A stretch of 63,860 nt of DNA, filler included. It is 17 parts of 17 records of this genome, joined end to end, with 100 filler letters (N's around TTAATTAATTAA, not from the genome) between each part and the next. Parts side by side here need not be neighbours in the genome. Positions count along the whole stretch, not along the records: positions 19,202 to 23,713 come from SRR7504441_108588; positions 23,814 to 27,595 come from SRR7504441_108598; positions 27,696 to 30,815 come from SRR7504441_108623; positions 30,916 to 35,113 come from SRR7504441_108644; 13 more parts are not named here. One strand, 5' to 3'. This document shows positions 22,085 through 33,005 of this stretch, one piece after another (position 1 is the stretch's first letter; each line of letters opens with the position of its first letter). The position numbers and the translations under genes are program-made. A model generated the notes under the pieces. The model was given only the letters and a program-made list of their open reading frames with translations. It had not been told where the DNA came from and did no database searches.

Positions 22085-23460
22085 TCATAGCCACTCGGTA
22101 AGTAATTGTGCAATCGCTTTCCTAGCAGCCACAACACTGGGCGTGTCGCCAGGATGCGCGCCAGCAAGGTCGTACATGTGCGCACCACCCTCGATCCGAA
22201 TAGCCACTAACGAGCTCGACATGTTATGATGAAGCACGCCGCCGCCTCGCCAGGGGTCTAACAGCCCATTCGAGAACACTATGCGAGAGCTCTGCTTGAC
22301 TCGGTCAAACCGGCTCTGCCACCAGTCCGCGTCCGGAGCCAGCTTCCACACCCGCTCGCAGTAGTTCGTTAGCTCGACCAGTCCCCATGCCCGCGGAGGG
22401 AACATGTCGGTGTGGTTGTCTGTGCTTGTGAAGTAAACGATCTGGGTACATGCCTCGTGGTCCCAGCTCCTACCCCATAACGAGCTGCTCGAACCACACC
22501 CTGTCTGGTCGGCGCAGCTGCGGTACTCGTGCGATATATTGTGGCACGAGACGTGGCCTGATGCGTTGTAATAGCTCGCCACACCCTGCGCTAACCCATC
22601 GAGCACGGCTGCTCCCGACCGCTCGACCGCAGCACAAGCAACACGGAGCGGCCAGGCAGCTAGCCCCTGTCCAAACAGGTCGCTGCTGTAGGGGTAGTTG
22701 CCCATAGCTGCAGTCACGAACGCGTTCCTAGCCCATAGCACCAGCGCCTCAAACCCCTCTGCCGAGCCCAGCTGGCCAGGGCACAGCCCAAATGCGCTCT
22801 CGAGAGTGCGCACCTGGCCTCTATGTGCCAGTAGCGCCCCGAAGCCGCGCCGCACGGCCGCCGGGCAGCTCGGTGACATCGCACCGGCGGCCTTGGTGAC
22901 AAGTGCGAAGAAGCTGGGGCCGACCCGCCCGAAATTCAGCGGCGCCGAAGAGGCGACGGCCGCATCCACCAGCGACGGGCCGTCCGCATCCAGGCAGCGA
23001 GCATCCCACCGTAGCTGCCGCCGAACACGACCACCTGTGTTGCCCCAAATACGGGCTTCAAGTGCGCAATCAGACGGGCGTAGTCGGCCATGGCCTGCTC
23101 CACAGTCAGCCAGGCCATCCGAGCAGGCTCGAGCGATCTGTTGCCGAAGGGCAGCGACGCGCCATAAAACCGGTGCTCTGCGTACACCACGGTGGCGCCG
23201 AAACCAGGTGCCAATTCGCGAACCAGCCCACTGAAGTTGGCAAACGTACGGACATCACCCTCGTTGCCGCAGAAGAAGAACAATCGGTCTGCCTGGGCGC
23301 GGCGGGATGCAGGGCTGTCGAGCAGGTAGCGCTGCTGCCAGCTCACGTTGGACATCGGGGAGCTGCTCAGATGATCGACGGGCTGCCTGAACCATCGTGT
23401 CTCGAAGGCCGTCGTTGCAGCGGCGAGCAGGAACAGAGCCTCCCACTGCACTGTGCCCAT
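22085..23460 (-). pseudogene. Peptidase S28 (prolyl carboxypeptidase/DPP7-like), frameshifted
   Basis: Signal peptide, QPVDH, GNEG, AEHRFYGAS, GGSYGGMLAAW, NGLLDPW and GGAH. The frame breaks at about 22980 with no room for an intron, so this is either a true lesion or an assembly error. Confidence 0.75.
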
Positions 23461-23813
23461 CACGGTCTGCAGTCCTCAAGGAGATCTTCTAACGGCGTTG
23501 TTGTTGCTCAGACTTGTCTCCACGAAACTCAACCTACCTTCAACCTGGATGCTGACGGTCGCGAATTCCGCAGTAGCGGTAGCAACCTGTTTGGTGGCCG
23601 TGCGCGCCGTTTCCCGCAGCTTCACGAGCTTCTTCGCGTGGGGCTGATGATTATTATGCGCGGCGATCTTGTCGTCTCCACATAAGCACCGCTCCCGCTT
23701 GAGTTGTACCACCNNNNNNNNNNNNNNNNNNNNNNNNNNNNNNNNNNNNNNNNNNNNTTAATTAATTAANNNNNNNNNNNNNNNNNNNNNNNNNNNNNNN
23801 NNNNNNNNNNNNN

Positions 23814-25476
23814 AATTGTATGCTGCAGGTCAATGTCTGCCGCGACTGTCAAGCCACTGCACGCGGGGCAGGCTCTCACCATCGTAGTGCAGCCCAAGCT
23901 CTGGGTTGAGCATCGCGGTCATCACCGGCAGGCAGCAGGTGTCGCCTGCCACCACCGTCACTCGGGCACAAGCCCGGGCACCGTTGTCAAGGATGACGAA
24001 TCGCGGCTGGCCCTGGAATGTCATTGCCTTCAGCCCATCGCGAATCTGCTTGGCGACCGCCATCATATTGTCGCAGAGAGCTGCACCCCCGCTCACCGCG
24101 CAGTCTTAAATTAAGCCGTTACCCTGGTAGCCGGACATCCCGAGCCTCATAAACTTGTAAGCTTGCACGTAAATCCCACTGGCGGGGCGAGAGAAATTGA
24201 GCGTGTACGAGTCGGCGTGCCCGCCCAGATACGAGACAGAAATCGCCACGTGCTCGGACAGGTCCTTGCGCTGCCGCCAGACCACCCAGCCGGTCCCGCA
24301 GATCGACTGGCCGAACTTGTGGCCCGAGGCCGAGATCGAGAGCACCTGCCACTGCTAAGCTCGGCAGCACAGTCGCCGCACATTCGGGAGGCGGAAGTCC
24401 CAGACCGGGACATCAGGCTGGAACGGCGCAATGAAGCCGCCCGAGGCGCCGTCTACATGGATGCCGACTTGCCAGCCCTTCTCTGCGTTCAGTTGGGAGA
24501 GGAGGGGGTCAACGGCCCAAACTGGATCGTAGTGGCCTGAGTAGTGATTGCCCAGGATGCAGATCACGCCGATCGTCTTTTCGTCAACCTGCTCGAGCAG
24601 CGCCGCCGGGTCCACGCACATCTTGTCGGCGTCTGGCACAACGAACTTGGGCTCCACATCCATATATTTGAAGAACTTCTCCCAACAAGCCTGCCCGTGC
24701 ACATGAGCGCCCTGCCAGCCCTAGCCCGGTGCCTGGTACATGTCGCTCATCACCAGGTTGGGCCGGACCGCCAGCACCTCCTCGGCGCTCAGGTTGTGCC
24801 TGCTGGCGTACCACTCGCGCCATCGGAACTTGAGGGCAAGCCCCGCTAGCAGGCAGGCCTCGGTGCTGCCCACGGTGCACGCGCCTGCATGCACCCCGTA
24901 CTCGTCGATCTCGTCGCACGGGGCGTTCCACAGGTTGGCTACCATGTCCAGCGTCATGTTGTGCACCTTGAACGATTCGGGGTACACGGTCTGATCGGCG
25001 ATGTTGATCGCGGCGCCCATCAGGGCCACGGCGGCCTCCTCCTCCTCGAGCTTGACGTTGACGTACGAGGAGGTGTTGAGCTTCTCGTCAAAATCGAGCG
25101 CGTGGTGCTGCTCGAGCGCCGCCTTGACGTGGTTGGCCGGCAACCCGTGCGCCGGCATCGACTGGTTGCACTTCTCGGCCACCATCGCCGTCGAGTTGGC
25201 CGAGGAGTAGTAATAGGTCTGATTCTCCCGGAGCTCGGTCAACTCGCCCTTGAGCGCTGCAACCTCCCGGCGGAGCGCAGCCACCTCATCCGACGGGGGC
25301 GCGACATCCTTGAGCTTCTCGGCGACAGCTTCGCTCTTGATCTCCGCGGCGACGGCGGATCTCTGCGCTTGATCTTCGTGGTGTTGCCACGCCGCTTGGA
25401 GCGCGGCTTCTTTGCTGCCCGCCGGGGCGGCGGCGGAGTTGTGCCCGGTCCAGCCTGGTCCGAAGAAGGTAGCCAT
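23814..25476 (-). CDS. GAD: Glutamate decarboxylase (PLP-dependent, group II), 3' partial
   Basis: TVGSTEA, CWEKF, HVDGASGGF, SISASGHKFG (PLP lysine) and LNFSRP. Five introns of 36-43 nt, the first a GC-AG intron at 24691-24732. N-terminal coiled-coil extension. Confidence 0.92.
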
Positions 25477-25591
25477 ATGCTCGGGAACGTTCGTGCTCGG
25501 TCCCGCAGGATGACTGACAGTTGGGCTGATCTCGGCAACGGATTTTACGGTCCCGCCCGCACTTCAGTTGGGGGATCCCCGCCGCTCTGAT

Positions 25592-26824
25592 ATGGATGTG
25601 TTGTTCAGCACGGTGGTGCCGGCGGTCGGATCGGCGCTGGGCTGGGCGCTCGGGGCGAGTCCGTTGCCTGGGGTGCTCCGGGACCGCCGGCACAAGCAGC
25701 TGAGCGCCGACCCGCTGCCCTACCCGATCGCGATGGCTGCCAACATGAGCTGGCTGATATACGCCGCCTGCATCGCCGACCCCTGGCCGTTTGTGTGCAA
25801 CGTGGGCCCGATGATGTGCAACGGACTCTGCACCCTGTCGGCCCTCCGGCTGTGCTCAGACCGACAGCAGCTGGTGCTCGAGATCGTCACGCTGGCCGGG
25901 CTGGGCATCGGGGCCTTCTCCGTGCTACTCTGCCTCTCCCCGATCGTGGTGACCAATCAGGCCACCCGGCAGGCCGTGGCCGGGTGGACTGCTACAGCGC
26001 TCTGCCTGGTGCAGTTTGCCAGCCCATGCGGGGAAGCTGTCAAGGCACTGGCCTCCCGAGATGCCAGCAAGATCAGCCTGCCGCTCGCGGTGACTGGGAT
26101 GCTCTGTGCTGGGTTCTGGGCGTTGTATGGCGTCGTTGCCCAACTGCCAGCAATCTGGCTGGCCAACGCGGCAGGGCTGGTGCTATCTACGTTCGCCTGC
26201 CTGGTCAAGCTTTTCGTGGGGAGCGCGACAGTGGCACCAGCTGAGCTCACCCGCTCGCCCCGCGCAGTGCTGCTGCAGGCTTCGAGCGAACTCGAGCCGA
26301 TCCTGCTCCGCTCCGAGGGGCTGCACTGCGACGTGAATAAGGATCAAACTCCCTGGGTCGCACAGCCAATCGAGAATGGGCATGTGGCGTTTCGTTTGTC
26401 TGAGGGCGTCTATCTAGGGGTGGCCCCCCGAACCGGGGAGTTATCTACCACTGTGCACACCCCCAGTTCGTTGGTTATACAGGAGGTTATGTGCGAAGTG
26501 CCAGGGCCGGCCTGCTCCTTTTTGCCTGTGGACGCCTCTCGAGTGACGATCGAGACGCCTGCAGGAGTGAGGGCCGAGTACGACCAGCATGCTGTAGCTT
26601 TCTACAACCCACTCTACAAGGCCAGGAAGCAAAACCCAACCACTGTCTGAATGTGTCTTTAGGTGTTTATGAGGTTCAATTCGGAGGGCGAATTGGACAC
26701 ATCGAGTCAATGTAATCCGATCGATGGAAAGGTCTCGCTGCCATTTGGGTGGACCTGGGAGCGATTTAGCGTCAAGCCTCTCACACCTGGCTTACGGCAT
26801 CGTACCCTACCGGTTGATCCATAG
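25592..26824 (+). CDS. SWEET (MtN3/saliva) sugar transporter with C-terminal soluble beta-trefoil/fascin-like extension
   Basis: Two MtN3 halves (ASPLP...DPLPY...WLIYA...N and FASP...SLPL...WALYG...N). GC-AG intron 26621-26662 extends the frame to TAG 26824. Confidence 0.82.
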
Positions 26825-26956
26825 CTTTATTTTTCTTGCATTAACAGTCTAAATAGATATGTCGGTTTTGTAAGGACTTGCGTTGCACATAATTTGCTTC
26901 TAGATCTTCAATATAGTTATGACGATCACGGCCCGACCGTATCCCGGCTGGCCAGC

Positions 26957-27595
26957 TCAGAATCGGGTGACTTGTTCCTCGTTGTCGGATAAGCAGAGCG
27001 CCATGTTGATGATATCGTACGCGTGCTCCAGGTACTCGCCGTCCAGGGGGTAAATGTCCTCGTCCTCGCGCAGCCCGGACCGGAACCCAAGCAGGCACGT
27101 GTCGCGCAGGCAAGTCATCAGCACGTTGTCCGACTCTTCCTGTGGCTCGTACCCATCCAGGTTGCCACCGATGGCCATCTCCATCAAATAAGTCTCCATC
27201 TCGAGCCAACGGTCAAACTTGGCACTATCGGCCTCGCCCAGCGGCTCTTCAGTCGGCCAGTGCGGCTGGTCAGGGCCAACTGCTCCGATTAGAAATGATT
27301 CTCGAGTGTAGCACATATCGAAGTCGATCGGGGCGAGCAGCTGGTCTTTGTTGGTCCCCTCGGGCAGCAGCACCAAGTTGCTAGGATCCGAGTTGTTGTG
27401 CGCCTGGTTCGGGTCATGGTCGAAAAAGTATCCCCACATGATCCCGCGCTGGTTCATTATCCTCCGCACCTGCCCAGCTTCTCGCCCGAGCCGCCAGACC
27501 ACGTGCGCAAGGAAGTCAGACCCTTCGTTCCCGTGGCCCTGCGACATCACACAGGCCAGGCTGTCGGCCGCCTTGTTCCAGGTAGCCAGGTGCCT
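26957..27595 (-). CDS. Protein-kinase-like fold protein / pseudokinase (5' partial)
   Basis: GIMWG...HNNSDPSNLVL...LAPIDFD resembles a kinase catalytic loop followed by a DFG-equivalent. Confidence 0.5.
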   Translation of the reverse strand, partial: RHLATWNKAADSLACVMSQGHGNEGSDFLAHVVWRLGREAGQVRRIMNQRGIMWGYFFDHDPNQAHNNSDPSNLVLLPEGTNKDQLLAPIDFDMCYTRESFLIGAVGPDQPHWPTEEPLGEADSAKFDRWLEMETYLMEMAIGGNLDGYEPQEESDNVLMTCLRDTCLLGFRSGLREDEDIYPLDGEYLEHAYDIINMALCLSDNEEQVTRF

Positions 27596-27695
27596 NNNNN
27601 NNNNNNNNNNNNNNNNNNNNNNNNNNNNNNNNNNNNNNNTTAATTAATTAANNNNNNNNNNNNNNNNNNNNNNNNNNNNNNNNNNNNNNNNNNNN

Positions 27696-29255
27696 CTGGG
27701 GGCGATAGTCCGGCGGAACAGCTGCTGGGACCCGGAGTGGGGCGACGAAGGGATCCATCCGCCCGCAGGGCTCACCGGTGAGGTGATCGGGTGGACTGAC
27801 CGCAACTGCAACATCACCGGAGAGATGGGCAGCGCCGACTGGGATTCCATAGTTCGGGTGCGGTGGGAGGGCAAGGACGAGGCCAAGGACCTCCGGATCG
27901 GGTTCGCAGACGAGTACTGGCTCGAACTCGTCTCTGGTGGCGCCGACCCGCCCCGGGAGCCCCCCAAGCCCCCGATCGAGCACGGGGGCCTGTTCGACGA
28001 GGAGCCCTCCGGATTCGGCATGTGCCGCCAGCGCGGGCAGGAGGACCCCAACGGTGAACCAGTGGCCTTCGTGCCAACCCCAGCCATCCCAGAAGAGCTG
28101 GCGGCCGAGCCGAGCCTGCGGCTGTTCTGGCGGGTGCATGCCGGGGACGTGGAGGCGGTGCGCGCCCTGCTGTCTGGCGAGAGCGGGCTGGTGGACTCCA
28201 AGATCGCCCCGTTCGAGTTTCCGGATGACGACCAGTTCCCGTGGCCGTACAGCCATTTCGCCGAAGCGTATGGCGACACCCCGGCTATGCTGGCCTGCCG
28301 GTACTCTCACTCGGCCATGCTCCTCGTCTTGCTCGAACACGGCGCCGACACCTCGCTAGCCAACGACGACGGCGACACCTGCGCCACGATTGCGATGGAT
28401 CGGTCCAAATTGGTCCAGCGCGCGTTCAGTGACGAGAACCCCGCGGGGGTGCTGTCCGCGCTCGGGCTCTCAGAGGGGCCGGAGGCGGTTCCGGCGCTCT
28501 TCCCACAGAGTCGGTGCGTGCGGGGCTCGTTCTGCGAACTGAGCAGCTGCGTGGCGGCCGGGGGAGATGGCGTGGCCTGGCTGCTGGTGAACGGGCACTC
28601 GGATCCGGAGCAGGTCGAGTACTGTGAGAGCATGGTCAGTGAATGGCGCAAGACACTTGTTGACCGGGGCGACGTGATCCATGCCGAGCTATACTGCCCG
28701 ACTAAGCCCGAGCTGAGTGAGGCGGTGGGTCAGCTGTTCCAGGCGGCGGCCGGGGGCGCGTGCGGGCTGTTTGTGATCTGCCACGGCGGGAAGGAGGCCG
28801 GCGAATGGGTTGGCTTCGACAAGCAGGACGAGGACGCCACGTTTGGGTGGGAAGACATAGAGGCTGCCGGGCTATATGGCGGGGAGTCGCTCGGACCGGC
28901 CCAGTTGTTCGTGGTGGGCGATAGCTGCTACTCGGCCAAGATGGGTAAAAAGGGGTTTGCGGCGCTCCGGAGCCGGCACCTTGGAGGAGCGCAGGTGCCG
29001 GTGTGCTCAATGCTAATGGCGAGTGATAAGCCAGAGAAAAACTTCAGCTGCATGTTCGCGCTCGAAGCAATGGAGTGCCGGCGCAAGCTGAGCCGGGCCA
29101 CCTGTGAGATGGTAGCGCAGGCACAGTCAGGCGATGAGCCGGCCCTAGAGATCGTTGAGGACATCACAGTCGAGACTGACGATCATGACCCTTTCTTCTT
29201 CTTTTACGCCCCGACCGATGCGATCTCAGCTGATTCGGTGATTTACACGCTGTAG
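27696..29255 (+). CDS. MIB/HERC2-like + ankyrin repeat + caspase-like (clan CD) protease domain protein (5' partial)
   Basis: GAIVRR..W..EWGD....G..GEV...VRVRW...LRIG...YWL, then ankyrin GDTPAMLAC...LLEHGADTSLAN, then LFVICHGG and VVGDSCYS. Confidence 0.7.
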   Translation: MGAIVRRNSCWDPEWGDEGIHPPAGLTGEVIGWTDRNCNITGEMGSADWDSIVRVRWEGKDEAKDLRIGFADEYWLELVSGGADPPREPPKPPIEHGGLFDEEPSGFGMCRQRGQEDPNGEPVAFVPTPAIPEELAAEPSLRLFWRVHAGDVEAVRALLSGESGLVDSKIAPFEFPDDDQFPWPYSHFAEAYGDTPAMLACRYSHSAMLLVLLEHGADTSLANDDGDTCATIAMDRSKLVQRAFSDENPAGVLSALGLSEGPEAVPALFPQSRCVRGSFCELSSCVAAGGDGVAWLLVNGHSDPEQVEYCESMVSEWRKTLVDRGDVIHAELYCPTKPELSEAVGQLFQAAAGGACGLFVICHGGKEAGEWVGFDKQDEDATFGWEDIEAAGLYGGESLGPAQLFVVGDSCYSAKMGKKGFAALRSRHLGGAQVPVCSMLMASDKPEKNFSCMFALEAMECRRKLSRATCEMVAQAQSGDEPALEIVEDITVETDDHDPFFFFYAPTDAISADSVIYTL

Positions 29256-29402
29256 GGGAATAAGTTACGCAGTTAATATCGTGAAATGAAGTGAATCGAA
29301 GTGATCGCATTTTTGTCTTCTTATTGCCTAAGCTACATGATTCATTTGTAATATTGTCACGACGTATAATTATAATAATTGTCTCGTGCATACTTGGAGG
29401 AT

Positions 29403-30815
29403 TTACAAATAAGCGCACACTCCGACATGCCCGAACCGGAGCTGTCCGGACATGCAAACTGACCCGTCCGGGCATCGCCTATCGGCCTCCAGGTCGGTTG
29501 CGGTGCTGCTGGCGTTCCGGTCGCACGCGAGCACGCAGTGAAACTCTTCACCCACAGGCCGGCTCGAGTCAGGCGCTGGCAGGGCCAGGCATGTGGGGAA
29601 GAGCTCGGCGGGCTGGTCGGAGCAGCACGGCCGCGGAGGGCCCGCCGAGGCCTGGCAGTATGCGGTGCCGTCCGGATCTGGATGGTAGTACTTGCAGTAC
29701 GAGCCCTGGCCGGCTCTGGCAGCACAGCTCGCATCAAGTGCAGTGGTGTTCGACCTGCAGCTCGGCAGCTCTGGCTTGTAAGCTGGGCACCCGTTGGCGC
29801 GAGGCCGGTACCCGCCCACTCTGCAGCTGCCCTTGCCGCCAACATGCGGGGCGCAGGCTCGCCCCTTGGTGCGGCCGTCGGTGAATGAAATCACGCTCTC
29901 GCCCTCGAGGCAGCCCTTGGCTGGATTGCCGTAAGGCCTCGAGCTGCCGTCTGGCCTGAACGGTTCGACGGGACGGTGCAGCGGGGCCACGGCAGGCGGA
30001 TCCTGCAGGGCTAGGGCCGGGCTTGGCGAGGGCGGGGAGCCTGTGTGCCTCCCGAGTCCGAGATGAGTCGGCCGTGAGAATTTGGAGAGAAACTGCCAGA
30101 CCAGCTCCGAGTTGAGATCGCCCTGGTTCCCGTAGTAGTTATGCCCGCCTGCCCACGCACATGGGCCCGCCGCTAGCACGCCGAGCACCGTCCCAGGCGC
30201 AACGGACTGCTGGGGCGCCGGAGCACCGCCGGCCCCAGCAGAAGAGTTTATCTCGCCCGTCGAGTGAGGTGGGCCAGTGCACGACTTTCTCGCTGCCGGT
30301 GCAGCCATTTGCCGGCTCCCAGGCCGCGAATATCCGGGCCATTGTCTCGTAGACCCAGCCCTCGTTGCTGACCGCCCCGTTCCCGAAGCTGGTGTCGTTG
30401 ATAGGAACTGTCCTATCGAGCGTGCCTGCCACCAAACTAATAGCACCAATACAATACAGTAACCAACACCCACCTGTGCAGTCGAGCACCGGCATGGGCT
30501 GGCTCGGAGCACGGATGTACCCGTGCATCATTGAGCCGGATATGGGCGCGATCGCTGCCAATCGGCTTGACATGGTGGCTCCCAGATGGAAGGTATAAAT
30601 TGCTCCGTTACTCTGTCCAGTCGCGTACTCCCTGGTCACGTCAACGCAGAGCTCGGTCTCGAGTGTGTCCAAAAGCACTGTATTGAACTCGTCCGAGGAG
30701 ACACAGGTGGTCCAGTCGCATCCCGTCCGGTCACACCCGCTGAATAGCCCTCCGTCGTGCCTGGCGTCCTCCCGCCGGTGGCAGCTCTGGTAACAGTACT
30801 CTTTGGTGCCCCCCC
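29403..30815 (-). CDS. Alpha/beta-hydrolase (PHB depolymerase/LpqP-like esterase) with C-terminal Cys-rich domain (5' partial)
   Basis: Triad motifs YATGQSNGA, GTLDRTVP and GGHNY with two short introns. C-terminal PYGNPAKGCL...CAP...CP...C domain. Confidence 0.78.
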
Positions 30816-30915
30816 NNNNNNNNNNNNNNNNNNNNNNNNNNNNNNNNNNNNNNNNNNNNTTAATTAATTAANNNNNNNNNNNNNNNNNNNNNNNNNNNNN
30901 NNNNNNNNNNNNNNN

Positions 30916-31849
30916 GAGCTCACGCTTGTTTGGCATTGGGCTTGCAACTATCTTTATTGTGGAGGCGCTAGCTGTGGGCGCATCTATGTGCAACGGAACT
31001 CCCAATGATTTCGAAAAAGATATCGATAACAAAACCGTGTGCCGCTACCACGAGCCTTTCGTTGCAGAGCTGAGCACGGGGATCGTGCCGGAGATGTCAT
31101 TCTTAAAGGCATAGATTTGCACCACAATGGAGCCCGCCTGAGCCATTTGAGCTGGCAAGGTGCCGGAGATTGAGTTCATATGCGTCCTTCCTAACCTTGC
31201 AGAGTGGTACTTTCGCAAGACAGACCGGGGTGACACAACTTCGTTCGACCTGGCCCAGTACATGGTGATGGCGATCTTGTCGACACAACTGGTGGCTCCG
31301 TATATCACGATCATTGCCCTGAGCACAGACTGTGTTAATTTTTGGGTAGTCCTCTGGACCCGCTGTAACGATCAAGAGTTCCTTTTCGCCGTGTGTTTCT
31401 TCACGATCTTGGCAATCCCAGTCCTACTGATGATCATCCTCCCTCCGAGGATGTGGATCTATCAATTCCGGGACGGCAGCAAATCACTGTGGCGCAGCCT
31501 CAGGGGCATGTTCTCAAATCCGGATCGGAAACCGCAACAAGTGCGGCTGGAGCTCCCAGGGTCGTCGTGGCCTTCAGACCCCGATCGGACAACACAAAGC
31601 ACAACAATGATGGACTTATCAATCGACCCTGAAGCCCTGAGGCGGGTGCAGCATACGCAGCCAGTGCCTACTCTAAGACTGGGTCCAGGGCAAGCAACAT
31701 CGGCAGGCGTTGAGCCATTCTTCCAACCAACACAGCTATTCACGCTCACCCGATTCGATGATGAAAGTGCACCGACTCACGGCGATGACAATGACCTTGA
31801 TGCTCAACCATGTAGCTCTCGAGGCGCTAGTCGGATGTGCGGATTGTAG
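30916..31849 (+). pseudogene. Disrupted membrane-protein fragment containing an inverted LRR remnant
   Basis: Hydrophobic + strand pieces are broken by a stop at 31112-31114. The minus strand at 31045-31200 reads NSISGTLP...NDISGTIP. Confidence 0.4.
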
Positions 31850-32013
31850 AGAGTAGTCTACAGCTACTGAAATACTTGTATCGACTTCCTAGTCTCACTT
31901 AAGGGAACCCGGTCAGCCGGGTACAGTATGCATGTATCCTCCCGACAGAGCGTGCTGCTGGGCTCAGCGGTAGGGTCCCTACGGTGCTCGCAGTGGTGTG
32001 TTTAGCGCAGCCA

Positions 32014-32778
32014 ATGACCGAGACCGCCCGGCCGTTCCGCTGTCCGTGCGGGGACCCGCTGCTGCCGGTGCTCCGGCCGCTGCTCGAGCCCCTCCTGGGC
32101 GCCGCGCGCGACGGGCGACTCCCGCACCAAAACGCCGCCGATCTCGCCAGCGGCAAGCTCGCGCTCCGGCTGCTGCCTGAGGCGTTTGAAGGCGAGCACC
32201 ATGCGGCCGTCCTGAGCCGGGCGCTTTACCAGCAGTCCGTGTCCTGGGCGCTGTGGAGTGACGACTATCTCGACCAGCTGGCCGGCCTACTGCTCGCCCA
32301 CGGATGTACCAGGGTCCTGGAGGTGGCCGCCGGCTCCGGGGTGCTCGCGGCCCCCATGCAGCGGCGCGGTCTGGCCTGGTGCACCACCGACCAGCGGCCG
32401 TCGCAGATCGGGCTGCCGGCGGAGCAGACGCCAGTGGCGTGCGATGCGCTTGCCGCGTTGGAACGGTTCGGAGGGGAGACGGATGCGGTGTTCTGGGCCT
32501 GGTGGCCGGCTGGGGACCAGACCGATGCCCAGCTGGTGGAGGCGTGTGCGCGGAGGCGGCTGCCGGCTGTATTCGTGAGCGAGCCATGTGGGGGCTGCAC
32601 AGGGTCGACTGCGGTGTGGGCGGCCGATCCGGAGCCGCTGTTCAGCAAGCCAGGGGTCGATCTGCCGCGGTGGCCCGGGATGCAGGACCGGACGTGGGTC
32701 GTGGGGGCATCGCTGCTGGGCAGAGAGGGCGGCGTTGGGGGGACGACACTGACAGAGCACAACGTAGAGGAACAATAA
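32014..32778 (+). CDS. Class I SAM-dependent methyltransferase-like protein
   Basis: Motif-I-like VLEVAAGSG, then VFWAWWP and VFVSEPCGGCTG. Single exon. Confidence 0.65.
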   Translation: MTETARPFRCPCGDPLLPVLRPLLEPLLGAARDGRLPHQNAADLASGKLALRLLPEAFEGEHHAAVLSRALYQQSVSWALWSDDYLDQLAGLLLAHGCTRVLEVAAGSGVLAAPMQRRGLAWCTTDQRPSQIGLPAEQTPVACDALAALERFGGETDAVFWAWWPAGDQTDAQLVEACARRRLPAVFVSEPCGGCTGSTAVWAADPEPLFSKPGVDLPRWPGMQDRTWVVGASLLGREGGVGGTTLTEHNVEEQ

Positions 32779-33005
32779 AGTAGACCGCTGCCAATAATGT
32801 CACGCCAGAGGTAACGAATGGACTGTGAGATGTGTGCACACTATTGCGCCGCTAGGCATTGTACCGTATCATATCTAAATATCATAAACATCAACTTTTA
32901 ACTCACCGATTTGCAAACAAAACCGCTTAATTGGTGAACAAAGCCGCTTAGCCGACTCCATCAACCCAACTCGGATCACCGGTGACCGCACGTGGCTCCG
33001 CGCAC

